Shown: positions 55,433-64,000 of the stretch, piece by piece | Layout: every line of letters starts with the position of its first letter | Numbering within the stretch: the stretch's first letter is position 1 | IMG/VR virus record: IMGVR_UViG_3300027733_000053 | Source: an uncultured virus (IMG/VR IMGVR_UViG_3300027733_000053) | Taxonomy: Duplodnaviria > Heunggongvirae > Uroviricota > Caudoviricetes > Crassvirales | Reading direction: 5' to 3' (one strand) | Length of the DNA stretch: 64,000 bases | Program-made: the position numbers and the translations under genes | The notes under the pieces: generated by a model | The model's input: the letters and a program-made list of their open reading frames with translations, nothing else | Databases searched by the model: none | Told to the model about the DNA's origin: nothing

Positions 55433-55676
55433 CTTTTTTTTCTATTTTACTTCCCTTTATAAATTCTATTAACTGTTGAACAGTAACCATTCCTAAGCAT
55501 ACTCCCGCAAATAATAACCACACCCCAAGCATTGTTGAAGCATTATCTTTATCTGTTTTATTGATAGTGATAAACCCTGACATAATAACGATAGCATAGA
55601 AGGCAGAAAGCTTCCTTGCGGATGACCCATCCTTATCGGATGTAAATGATTTTGATATCCAGTTAATTAATTTCAT
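55410..55676 (-). CDS. Holin-like protein
   Basis: SSARKL plus two TM segments, next to the endolysin. Confidence 0.6.
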   Translation of the reverse strand: MKLINWISKSFTSDKDGSSARKLSAFYAIVIMSGFITINKTDKDNASTMLGVWLLFAGVCLGMVTVQQLIEFIKGSKIEKKDENNVQP

Positions 55677-55680
55677 GCTG

Positions 55681-56178
55681 TTAATTTAAGCTAAGGTATC
55701 CAACCTGTTTATTAGCTACCTGTTTCTTATGCAACTCTTGCAATTGAACAATAGAGTAGCCAAATGTTTTTTGGAAGTGTGGCATATCTGGGAAAGTTGC
55801 CCATGAACCACCCCATTCCCATCCGTATCTTTTAAAGATAGACACAATCTCTTGCCAGTCACTCTTTTGATCTCCATCAAAATCGTTTTTCGTATCCCAA
55901 GAAGCTGTCTCATAGCTTCCGTTATTATCTTTATCAATAAGCAAAACTATATCAATAGCTAAGCCATAATTATGATACGATTGTCCTCCCTTAGCGTTTG
56001 TAATCTTAGGTTTTTGAAGGTATAATGCATCCTGCTCCGCGAAAGTTCTAAGTGTATAAGCAAAACGACACATCGCCTTGCCTGTTAGTGCTTGACAAAT
56101 TTCAGTGTAAATAGCTTTTGCTTCATCCCTTAACTTAGGGTGCAATAGCTCTATTCTGTCAAGAGTTATTTTATCCAT
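55681..56178 (-). CDS. Endolysin, M15 (L-Ala-D-Glu-type) peptidase
   Basis: RT..EQ..LY, TNAKGGQSYHNYGLAID, WGG.W..F.D.PHFQ. Confidence 0.9.
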   Translation of the reverse strand: MDKITLDRIELLHPKLRDEAKAIYTEICQALTGKAMCRFAYTLRTFAEQDALYLQKPKITNAKGGQSYHNYGLAIDIVLLIDKDNNGSYETASWDTKNDFDGDQKSDWQEIVSIFKRYGWEWGGSWATFPDMPHFQKTFGYSIVQLQELHKKQVANKQVGYLSLN

Positions 56179-56182
56179 TTTT

Positions 56183-56410
56183 TTAGTGTTTGAACAACCA
56201 CGACCAAAAAGCCGTTAACCCGAATCCTACTAAACCGAAAAATGTATAAGCTACCGCTTGAGTGTTGTCGTGTTTGTCGACCTTCTTAGAGATGTTGTCT
56301 ATCTCTGTTCTATGCTGCTCTTGGTGAATCATCACCTTTGCGTAGTCAACCTTTATATCTTGTACAATCTCGTATATCTTATCGAGTTTAGCTTCTTGTG
56401 CAGGACTCAT
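56183..56410 (-). CDS. Small coiled-coil protein with C-terminal TM
   Basis: Lysis-cassette position. Confidence 0.55.
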   Translation of the reverse strand: MSPAQEAKLDKIYEIVQDIKVDYAKVMIHQEQHRTEIDNISKKVDKHDNTQAVAYTFFGLVGFGLTAFWSWLFKH

Positions 56411-56411
56411 T

Positions 56412-56573
56412 TTATTCTTCTTTTACAGGTTCAATAACTGCAGGTTCCAACTGAGGAGCTGCTTGTGTATTTAACTTAGAAACAAGACTAGCAACCTCTT
56501 CGAAAGGAAGTTTACCTAACCCTCTTAAAAGTGTGTTCGCCTCGTCTATTGTTAATGTGAATGTCAATTCCAT
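56412..56573 (-). CDS. Small tail-associated protein
   Basis: L..LG.LPFEEV..L..K...QA.PQ. Confidence 0.55.
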   Translation of the reverse strand: MELTFTLTIDEANTLLRGLGKLPFEEVASLVSKLNTQAAPQLEPAVIEPVKEE

Positions 56574-56638
56574 AGTATGTTGTTTTAGTTTATACAAATA
56601 TAGTTATAAACCGTAATTGTTTACAATTCTATAACAAA

Positions 56639-56830
56639 TTAATTCTGAAAGTCAGATGGTACGTCTATAAAAACAGCATATCCCCCGTCAAATTGAATAG
56701 TATTGCCTACGATTTCAGCATTCGGAAGTTCTTCTGCTCTGTCAATAATAAATTGATTTATATCATCAGTTAATTGACTTATGCCCATGTTTTCAGGCTT
56801 GCTAGGTGCGTTAAAATAGATTAGTTTCAT
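56639..56830 (-). CDS. Small protein after the fibre gene
   Basis: ORF. Confidence 0.5.
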   Translation of the reverse strand: MKLIYFNAPSKPENMGISQLTDDINQFIIDRAEELPNAEIVGNTIQFDGGYAVFIDVPSDFQN

Positions 56831-56836
56831 AGTTAT

Positions 56837-58483
56837 TTATTGAATTACATGATAATGCCAAGCATAAGCAGTAGCTGCAACTAAACCTGTGCTACCTGCT
56901 GTTATTATAAATGTTGATGTTCCACTTGAAGTATATACCATTGTTACACCACTTAATAATGCTGTTGCTGCATTTGCAGGACTTAATAGAACTATTGGTG
57001 CTGTTGAATAGGCTGTATTGAAAGTAACAGTTAAAACTATTGCTCCTGCTGTTGGAAGTGTTCCTGTTGTTACTAATACATCGCCACTTAAATCTGTTGC
57101 ATTTGTACTAAAAGTTACTGCTGATGGTGTTGTTCCTGCTCCTGTTCCTACTACTCCTGTTGGTGCTGTTGTAGTACCTGCTAAATGTTTTATCTTTGTG
57201 TTTGTACCATCAAATCTTACATCACCTGCCTGAGCCCAAATGGAATAGGAGTTAGTAATTAATGCACTTGTTCCTGCGATTGGTGCAGCAGTTACTGCTA
57301 ATGTAGCAGCGTTTGTTATGGTTGATACTGATACAAATGAATATGTTGGTGCATTAATTACTGCAAATCTTTGAGTTGTTAAAGCACCAGTTGCGTGTTG
57401 AATAGTAGCTGTTGCAATATCAAATGATTTTTGTTCAGTTGATAGTGTTTGATTTGTGTTTGATGAAGGATTAAATTGAAAACTTGTTAATGCTCCCGAA
57501 GCAGTTGAAACATTTGATGATGATGTAGTTCCATTTGTTATACTCATCCTATTTGAACCGTTAATACTAAATATTAAACCATTTCCATTTAATATTGTGT
57601 TTCCACTATTAGCACTTCCAACCTTTAAAATATAGTTTGTTGCTGTTGGAGCGGTTACTTGGTCATTGAATAAAAATATACAAGGGTCAGCAGCAGTTGC
57701 AGTAGCTTGTCTAAATATTAAACTACCTGTTCCATCATTAACCCTTACTGCACCACTTTGTGACCAAATAGAATAAGCATTGGTTATGGTTGCATTACTT
57801 CCAGCAATAGGTGCTGCTGTTACTGCTAAAGTTGCAGCACTTGTTATTGTACTTGCAGAAACAAATGAAAAAGTAGGAGCAGATATAAGATTCTCTCTTT
57901 GAGTAGTTATTGCTCCTGTTGCCCATTGGCGAGTTCCTGAATTAATTACAAAACCCGAAATTTCAGTAGATAATGTTTGATTTGTATTAGCAGGATTTGT
58001 AAATACAAATGAAGATGATGCACCACTTGTCTGAACAGCATTATTGAATGCTAAATTACCACTACTACCTATAACTTTTGGAGTAGTAATGTCAGTTAAA
58101 AATATTGGAGATGTCATTGTCTTTGCACCTGCAAATGTTTGACTTCCTGTTGTTATAACGCCTCTAGCTGTTGCACTTGCATCAGGTAAGTTAAATGTAT
58201 GTGTTGTTCCTGTAGAACCGATTGCAAAGTCTGTCCCTGTAGTTCCTGTAGTTAATGTTTGAACTGCTCCTGTAAGAGCATTCAGTGATGTAATAGCTGT
58301 TGTTAAATATGTAGAGTTATCATAACTAATTGTTGTACCACTAGCTTTTACAAATCCCACTCCATTAAGTTGAGGTTGGGCATAACTCTTTACAGCCTTC
58401 TGTGAAGGGACAAGTAGATCACTATCTGCTGCTAATAGTGGATCTGTATCTATTGGTACTCCTCTTGTTGTTCCTTGTGCCAT
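56837..58483 (-). CDS. Tail fibre with internal ~90-aa duplication
   Basis: T/S/A/G-rich; two NTNQTLSTE...YSIW.Q.G.VR repeats. Confidence 0.7.
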   Translation of the reverse strand: MAQGTTRGVPIDTDPLLAADSDLLVPSQKAVKSYAQPQLNGVGFVKASGTTISYDNSTYLTTAITSLNALTGAVQTLTTGTTGTDFAIGSTGTTHTFNLPDASATARGVITTGSQTFAGAKTMTSPIFLTDITTPKVIGSSGNLAFNNAVQTSGASSSFVFTNPANTNQTLSTEISGFVINSGTRQWATGAITTQRENLISAPTFSFVSASTITSAATLAVTAAPIAGSNATITNAYSIWSQSGAVRVNDGTGSLIFRQATATAADPCIFLFNDQVTAPTATNYILKVGSANSGNTILNGNGLIFSINGSNRMSITNGTTSSSNVSTASGALTSFQFNPSSNTNQTLSTEQKSFDIATATIQHATGALTTQRFAVINAPTYSFVSVSTITNAATLAVTAAPIAGTSALITNSYSIWAQAGDVRFDGTNTKIKHLAGTTTAPTGVVGTGAGTTPSAVTFSTNATDLSGDVLVTTGTLPTAGAIVLTVTFNTAYSTAPIVLLSPANAATALLSGVTMVYTSSGTSTFIITAGSTGLVAATAYAWHYHVIQ

Positions 58484-58496
58484 TTTTTTATTTTTA

Positions 58497-59738
58497 TTAT
58501 CTACTTATTTCTTCCCAATCCATTGATGCAAATGTAGTTTCATTATTTGTTCCTGCTGCTAAAATTACTGTAAACTCATAAGGAGTTCCTGTTAATCCAT
58601 CTCTTTCTAATTGATTACTAAAAAGTGCTGCTCTTAATATATCAACAGATACACTTGTACTTGCTGTAGCTGTAAAATAACCTGATGCTAAAATTCTACC
58701 TCCTGTAAAAGATGTTCCTGTTAAATTATATTCTACAGAAGAATTTGTTCCTGCACTTACCCATGAACCACCTGTTGTTGTTCCTGCTGTTACTACTTGC
58801 CAATTATAATTAGCTGCTGTATTACCTATTATAGAAATAGCAGTAGCTACAGCTATAGCATCTAATCTTGTTGATTTAAGTTTTATAGAAACTATAGGAT
58901 AAAATGTACCTGCTGTTGTTAAAGTTTTAGGAGAAGTTATTGGTGTACCTACAGCTTGTTGTAATCCACGAAGTTCATATCCTCCTTCAGATAATACAGT
59001 AGAACATATTTGTTTTAATGTACTAGTCCCACTTGTAGCACCTGTGTTTGTTATTTCATATCTTAATGGTAATGAAGCTGTAGTAATATATGTAGATGTA
59101 ATTAAGTTTGCATGTTGGAATTTATGACAAACATAAAAGTTACCATCTATAACAAAGCCCATTCTAACTGTTCCTACACCTAACCACTCAAGATCCATAA
59201 AAAGAATCTGAGCTTTTGTAAGATCAAGAGTGATGCCACTAGCACCTGAACCATTCATAGGATCAACATTCCAACTTGCTTGAGTAACAGGTGTATCTAC
59301 TAATGCTCCTGAAACAGAAGTTCTTTCAACAAAACTTACTGTACTACCATTCTGTTCTAAATAATAACCATTAGCTGCTCCATAATATCCAACTCTTTGT
59401 CTAAGATTTGTTTTAGCAGCATTCATTACAAATGTAGATAGTACAAGAAGACTTTTACCAGGTTGATATGAAAATATTTTTGTAGTTTCTCTAACAACCT
59501 CAGAACCTGAAGCTGCTGTTACAGCTAAATCAACTAGTCCTTGACTAGAATTAAATGTAGCAGTGCCTCCTGTAGCAGTGGCTGTAGACCATAATCCATT
59601 ATCTGCAAATCTATGACTAGAGTCAAACAATGTAAATGGTGTACTAACTCTCAGTCTTCCAAATGCATCTATGTTTGGAGAGTTTGCATATGAGATAGCT
59701 GGGCTTATTATACTATATCCTGAATAATTTTGTGCCAT
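58497..59738 (-). CDS. Structural/fibre-associated protein
   Basis: [29 protein letters not shown]. Confidence 0.65.
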   Translation of the reverse strand: MAQNYSGYSIISPAISYANSPNIDAFGRLRVSTPFTLFDSSHRFADNGLWSTATATGGTATFNSSQGLVDLAVTAASGSEVVRETTKIFSYQPGKSLLVLSTFVMNAAKTNLRQRVGYYGAANGYYLEQNGSTVSFVERTSVSGALVDTPVTQASWNVDPMNGSGASGITLDLTKAQILFMDLEWLGVGTVRMGFVIDGNFYVCHKFQHANLITSTYITTASLPLRYEITNTGATSGTSTLKQICSTVLSEGGYELRGLQQAVGTPITSPKTLTTAGTFYPIVSIKLKSTRLDAIAVATAISIIGNTAANYNWQVVTAGTTTGGSWVSAGTNSSVEYNLTGTSFTGGRILASGYFTATASTSVSVDILRAALFSNQLERDGLTGTPYEFTVILAAGTNNETTFASMDWEEISR

Positions 59739-59741
59739 ATA

Positions 59742-60071
59742 TTAACTTATTTCTGTACCCCACACCTGAAATGATAGGCTACTGTTTCCTGAATAAACTC
59801 TAATTACATCTGTTGTTGCTAATGTTACACCTATTGTAGCAATGAATGTATCATTACCTGCTAATGTAACATCATAGTAAAGATAGTCTTTATTTGCTGT
59901 AGCTCCACCAGCAGCAGATATAGATACCCTAAATGTAGTTTGTGTAGCTCCTCTATTGCATATAGAAAGAGAACTACATACAGAAGATGTAGCTGCTGGA
60001 ACAGTGTAAAGAGCTGTTTCTGTTGTTGCTGAAGGACTAACTTGTCCTAATATTTTATATACGTTTGCCAT
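59742..60071 (-). CDS. Small structural protein
   Basis: YKILGQ..P...T.LYTVP motif. Confidence 0.65.
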   Translation of the reverse strand: MANVYKILGQVSPSATTETALYTVPAATSSVCSSLSICNRGATQTTFRVSISAAGGATANKDYLYYDVTLAGNDTFIATIGVTLATTDVIRVYSGNSSLSFQVWGTEIS

Positions 60072-60073
60072 AA

Positions 60074-60721
60074 TTATGCTCCCATTAATAAAAAGTTTTG
60101 TTCAAACCCTACAGATTGTGCTGTAGCATTAAGTGTTCCTGCAGATAGAGAAAGTCCTGTACCAATACTAATCTCTTCCATTATACCTGTCCCTGCAGTA
60201 CTTCTACCGACAAGCTTATTGGTATTCATAGAGGTGGTAATTGTACCACTTGATGTTATAGGCCCGCCCGATATAAGACCTGTTGTGCCTACCGAAGTAA
60301 CAGTACCTCCTGAAGCTAACGTTGTGTACTCTAATGCTGTACCCCCTGAGTTAACGCTTAACACTTGGTATGGTGTTCCTAAGGTAGATAAACCTGTTCC
60401 CCCTCTGTCGAAAGCTAGAGTGCCTGTCCATCCTAACGTCATCGAAACGCTTTTTAACAAGGCAGATGACGGTGTACCACTAAGAGTCATCGTCACGTTT
60501 GTGTCGTCTGTACTAGTTAATGGTGATGGTATGATTAATTGGTTTACTACCGCAGTAGTCTTGATGACGAAGTTGTCTGTTACCCATTTAAGAGTGCCGT
60601 CTATCTGTCCGCGATATAGCGTACCGATTCCTTGCCCCTTATCGATTATATAATCAGCTCCACTTGTAGCGTGTCTACGTTGTTGTATTAACGCTAAATC
60701 TTCTGCTGTATATATTGCCAT
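60074..60721 (-). CDS. Fibre-like structural protein
   Basis: GGTG, GTVTSV, FLLMGA motifs. Confidence 0.65.
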   Translation of the reverse strand: MAIYTAEDLALIQQRRHATSGADYIIDKGQGIGTLYRGQIDGTLKWVTDNFVIKTTAVVNQLIIPSPLTSTDDTNVTMTLSGTPSSALLKSVSMTLGWTGTLAFDRGGTGLSTLGTPYQVLSVNSGGTALEYTTLASGGTVTSVGTTGLISGGPITSSGTITTSMNTNKLVGRSTAGTGIMEEISIGTGLSLSAGTLNATAQSVGFEQNFLLMGA

Positions 60722-60734
60722 GAAATAAAATTAA

Positions 60735-61217
60735 TTATTTACATGTTAAAACAAGCATTGTAGTTCCTGAAGCGTCAACGATTATAGGATCGATAAAATC
60801 TCTCGTAGAACTTGTTGTACGGCTATCTTTTGAAAATGTAATAGATGCTCCCTTAGGGAAAACCTTACCATCAACAACACCCGCTGCTGCTGCTGTAGCA
60901 AGTATAGAAACGGAAATTGTAGAAATGTTTGTATCTGACTCAACGATAACAGATGGAGCAGCTGAAGCTAATGATGTAGTGAAAGCCTTGTCTATGTAAG
61001 CAAGTGTGTCACTATCAACACGAACAACTTTTCTAATCTCATCGTGAGCTAAGTCTACAAGCCAAGAACCTGCTCTCATCTCTGATAAAAACTTTGTACC
61101 TGTACCAGTTACTGCAGTTCCTGCTGTGATGCATAGTCCTGTCTTAGTACCTGCTGCAGGAACAGTTTGATGTCCTGAAATGTAATCGTATGTAGAATTC
61201 TTGTAGTTCGTTGCCAT
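60735..61217 (-). CDS. Structural protein
   Basis: VTGTGT.F motif. Confidence 0.6.
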   Translation of the reverse strand: MATNYKNSTYDYISGHQTVPAAGTKTGLCITAGTAVTGTGTKFLSEMRAGSWLVDLAHDEIRKVVRVDSDTLAYIDKAFTTSLASAAPSVIVESDTNISTISVSILATAAAAGVVDGKVFPKGASITFSKDSRTTSSTRDFIDPIIVDASGTTMLVLTCK

Positions 61218-61236
61218 GAGAAGAGTTTATTTTAAA

Positions 61237-61270
61237 CAAATATAATTACTTATTTAGAATGATTATAAAC
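61237..61270 (-). promoter_or_regulatory. -7 promoter plus Fur/PerR-like box
   Basis: CAAATATA at 61237; ATTTAGAATGATTATAAAC at 61252. Confidence 0.7.
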
Positions 61271-61279
61271 TACTCTAAA

Positions 61280-64000
61280 TTATTTAAGCTTTAGCTTGTT
61301 TACAGCCTTCTGTTTTTCATATTCTTTCTTGTTAACACGAAATGTAGGCATAACCTTCTCTTTTTTAGTAGCCTTGTTTGTTGGCTTCAATTCAGGATGA
61401 TTCAGAACTAACATATCTTTTCCATTTGATGCACCTTCTTCGTACAATGCTTTCAATGTTTTAATCTTAGTCTCCTCGTTATCAGCTTCCCAGTTTGGAG
61501 ATTTTGTATATTGATCAACCAAAGAAGCTCTGTTTCTACCTACAATCATCTGATATTCTTCATACAATTTAGGGTCTAATTGAACCTTTTCTTTATCTAC
61601 CGTGATATAATCTCTTGGAATACTTGGAAGCGCACCACTCTTAACCTTATCATCTTTAATGCTACTCCATAAATCATAAATTTTAAAATTATATGAATCT
61701 GCATCAATTTGTTTGCCCTTTGTTACGTTTAAAGTATACCAAATAAATTTACTCTTATCATCTGGCGCTCCTTTAACAGATTCTCCCCAAAGACTTACTT
61801 TTGTAGGCAAGTCTCCGCCCATAAACATTTTAGTTTTAAAGGTGTTAATGATTTCATCAGAAAACATATTCGCCTTTGTATTTCTAATATACTCATCAGA
61901 AGCCTTACTAGCTGTAGCAATAACATTAGGATATACAATAGAACCAAGTGCCCCAAGGGTATTTATAGCCCACTTTCTCTTACTTCTATCGTCTCCTGTT
62001 ATAGACTCTAAGAATGTGTTAGCTCCTTGTAAAAATGATTGTTCAATTGCTGATTGAGCCACAGACGATGATGCTGTAAACAAGTCAGATAGATAACTTC
62101 TATCCTTATCCTCAACTCCTATTTTATTAGCATGAACATTTATAAGCATACCTACAACACCCATATTGTTGTAATTAACCCACACATCAGAAGGGCGCGT
62201 TGTTGGATCTCCTCCACTCATCATCCTTTGAACTCCTGTTATATTTAAAGAATTTCCTGGTATATTTTGATTTTGAATAGCAATAGATTCTATATCTTTT
62301 TTATCTGGACTTGGAGTCACTAAGTTGTTTTGAACCATTGATTGAACAGCCATTCTTATTCCAGCACCAACAACAGCCTTTCCGAAATATTCCAACGCTT
62401 GTCTTCTATCACCTTTAACTGCAAAATAAATGGCTTTAGCTGCTGAATACTCTGGCAATGCATACTGTACAGTTTCTCCTAAAATATTTAAAGGAGTTTT
62501 AACGTATGGTATCTGAGACTTAAAAACAACTTTAGCTACATCTCCTATAACTGGAAGTTCTGAAACATATGTTTCAACAGATTTTAATCCTTGTTGTGCA
62601 ACCTTAGCTAATCCTTCAGCTTGTTGATAAACAGACTTTTCAGCTCTTTGTTTTATTAATTCAGCGGATGCAGAGTCTGGAAATAAAATAAATTTATCTA
62701 GCTCCTTACCTTTTAATCCTTTAAGTGTTCCAATCTCATATGCTGCACCAAATTCTGCAGCCTTTCTAAATGGTTTATCACCTAAGTTAAGCAATCTAAA
62801 CATAGCTTCTGCAGGGGCCCCAAACGTTGCCTCTGTAAAATTATTTAATTGCTGATAAGCTGTTTGTTTTTCCTTGCCTGTTAATCCTTCATAAAACTTC
62901 ACCATTGACTTTAATGGTTCAAGCTGTTGAGAAAAATCTCTCTCTATCATTTCTTCAGGATTAATACCTTTTATAAGCTCATTGAAACCACCTTTTAATC
63001 CTGGCATAACACCTTTTGACTCACCCTTCCAATATGCTAATGCATCAACAGTTCTACCTTCCTTAATAAGTTTATTCATTATAGGAAGCGTTTGAGCTTT
63101 AGCCATCATATAATCAGTTGCACTAGCTATTCCTCTTGATGCTAAACGTAATGGTTGTATTAAGGTGTTAGAGTAAACGTTCTTAACAAGGGAAAGAATT
63201 CCCAATAAATTACCTTGCAATATTGTAGATAATGTAGTTCCAAGGGTCTTTTCACCTTTAAAGTATTCCGATAGTTCAGAGTTAGCTTTTTGACCATCAA
63301 ACACATCGTTTTCCCACTGCTTTTGTTTAGCCTTTATTTCATCCTTTGATGCCCCAGAATCAATTGCATCAATTAATTCCTTTGCACTATTATCAACCTT
63401 GTTTATTCTCTTTGTTAAATTTCTTATATTAGATTCCGCTTCTGGAGTTAAAGTTGGTAACCCTAATTCTTTTGCGTATAAATCTTTAAACTTTTGATCG
63501 CTTAATCCACCTAACTTTTCAATCTCTTCAAGAGAATTCGCCAACAACTTCTTTCTGCTTTCTGGTTTTAATTTAGAAAGCCTTTTATCAAATTTGTTAA
63601 GCAAATCTTTTTTTACTTCTGGTGACATCGCATCAAATAATCCTTCCTTAGAAAAATCAGAGAGTGTTCTTTCTTGTGAATCAAGCTCTTTACTTAATTT
63701 TACCTTGTTCCAAATTTCTTCGAGTTGCTCTAAGCTAAGTTCAGAATCCTCTTTCTTCATCTTGTTAGCCCATTGCTTAAATTTATAGGCTCCATCGATA
63801 AGGTGTATCATCCCCATCTCTCCATAAATTTCAATCTGCTCTTTGTTTAACCCTATAATAGATGCAGAAGCTGCTCCCTTAGCTTTTTTAGCTCTCTCTC
63901 TTAACTCCTCTAACCTTGCATCACGAACACTCTTACTGTTAAATATGTTTTCTTTTTTAGGACTCTTTTTAGAAAGCTTCTCTACCTCTGACTTTATCTT
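61280..64000 (-). CDS. C-terminal part of a giant virion protein (frame open to the right edge)
   Basis: Manual translation of 64000-63817 has no stop (KIKSEVEKLSKK...EIYGEM); helical, IPYVKTP.NI motif. Confidence 0.8.
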   Translation of the reverse strand, partial: KIKSEVEKLSKKSPKKENIFNSKSVRDARLEELRERAKKAKGAASASIIGLNKEQIEIYGEMGMIHLIDGAYKFKQWANKMKKEDSELSLEQLEEIWNKVKLSKELDSQERTLSDFSKEGLFDAMSPEVKKDLLNKFDKRLSKLKPESRKKLLANSLEEIEKLGGLSDQKFKDLYAKELGLPTLTPEAESNIRNLTKRINKVDNSAKELIDAIDSGASKDEIKAKQKQWENDVFDGQKANSELSEYFKGEKTLGTTLSTILQGNLLGILSLVKNVYSNTLIQPLRLASRGIASATDYMMAKAQTLPIMNKLIKEGRTVDALAYWKGESKGVMPGLKGGFNELIKGINPEEMIERDFSQQLEPLKSMVKFYEGLTGKEKQTAYQQLNNFTEATFGAPAEAMFRLLNLGDKPFRKAAEFGAAYEIGTLKGLKGKELDKFILFPDSASAELIKQRAEKSVYQQAEGLAKVAQQGLKSVETYVSELPVIGDVAKVVFKSQIPYVKTPLNILGETVQYALPEYSAAKAIYFAVKGDRRQALEYFGKAVVGAGIRMAVQSMVQNNLVTPSPDKKDIESIAIQNQNIPGNSLNITGVQRMMSGGDPTTRPSDVWVNYNNMGVVGMLINVHANKIGVEDKDRSYLSDLFTASSSVAQSAIEQSFLQGANTFLESITGDDRSKRKWAINTLGALGSIVYPNVIATASKASDEYIRNTKANMFSDEIINTFKTKMFMGGDLPTKVSLWGESVKGAPDDKSKFIWYTLNVTKGKQIDADSYNFKIYDLWSSIKDDKVKSGALPSIPRDYITVDKEKVQLDPKLYEEYQMIVGRNRASLVDQYTKSPNWEADNEETKIKTLKALYEEGASNGKDMLVLNHPELKPTNKATKKEKVMPTFRVNKKEYEKQKAVNKLKLK

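Noticed and set aside
56837..61217. Diversity-generating retroelement or retron
   Set aside because: No reverse transcriptase motif and no adenine-specific TR/VR pair noticed.
1..64000. Stop-codon reassignment as in some crAss-like phages
   Set aside because: Genes are full length and densely packed in the standard code; no suppressor tRNA seen.

Overview
The window is most of a Bacteroidota-infecting podovirus-type phage genome with crAss-like (Crassvirales-related) morphogenesis genes. The minus strand carries portal, scaffold, major capsid, GroEL/GroES, terminase, ring and nozzle proteins, ejection proteins, fibres and lysis genes. It also carries a giant polyvalent virion protein that runs off both window edges. 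The plus strand carries a cluster of small early genes (39-46 kb) and replication/recombination genes. The most striking unannotated feature is an array of four intact type-I hammerhead ribozymes (39581-41159) placed exactly between early-gene cassettes, followed by five apparent deletion derivatives of the same element. Other notable signals: an A10 slippery site plus hairpin at the start of the giant gene, 13 ECF-sigma-type promoters, Fur/PerR-like boxes at a fixed position in structural-gene promoters, two homologous ~450-nt structured leader RNAs, and two anticodon-less tRNA-like RNAs. All calls were made by eye from motifs and synteny; no searches were run.
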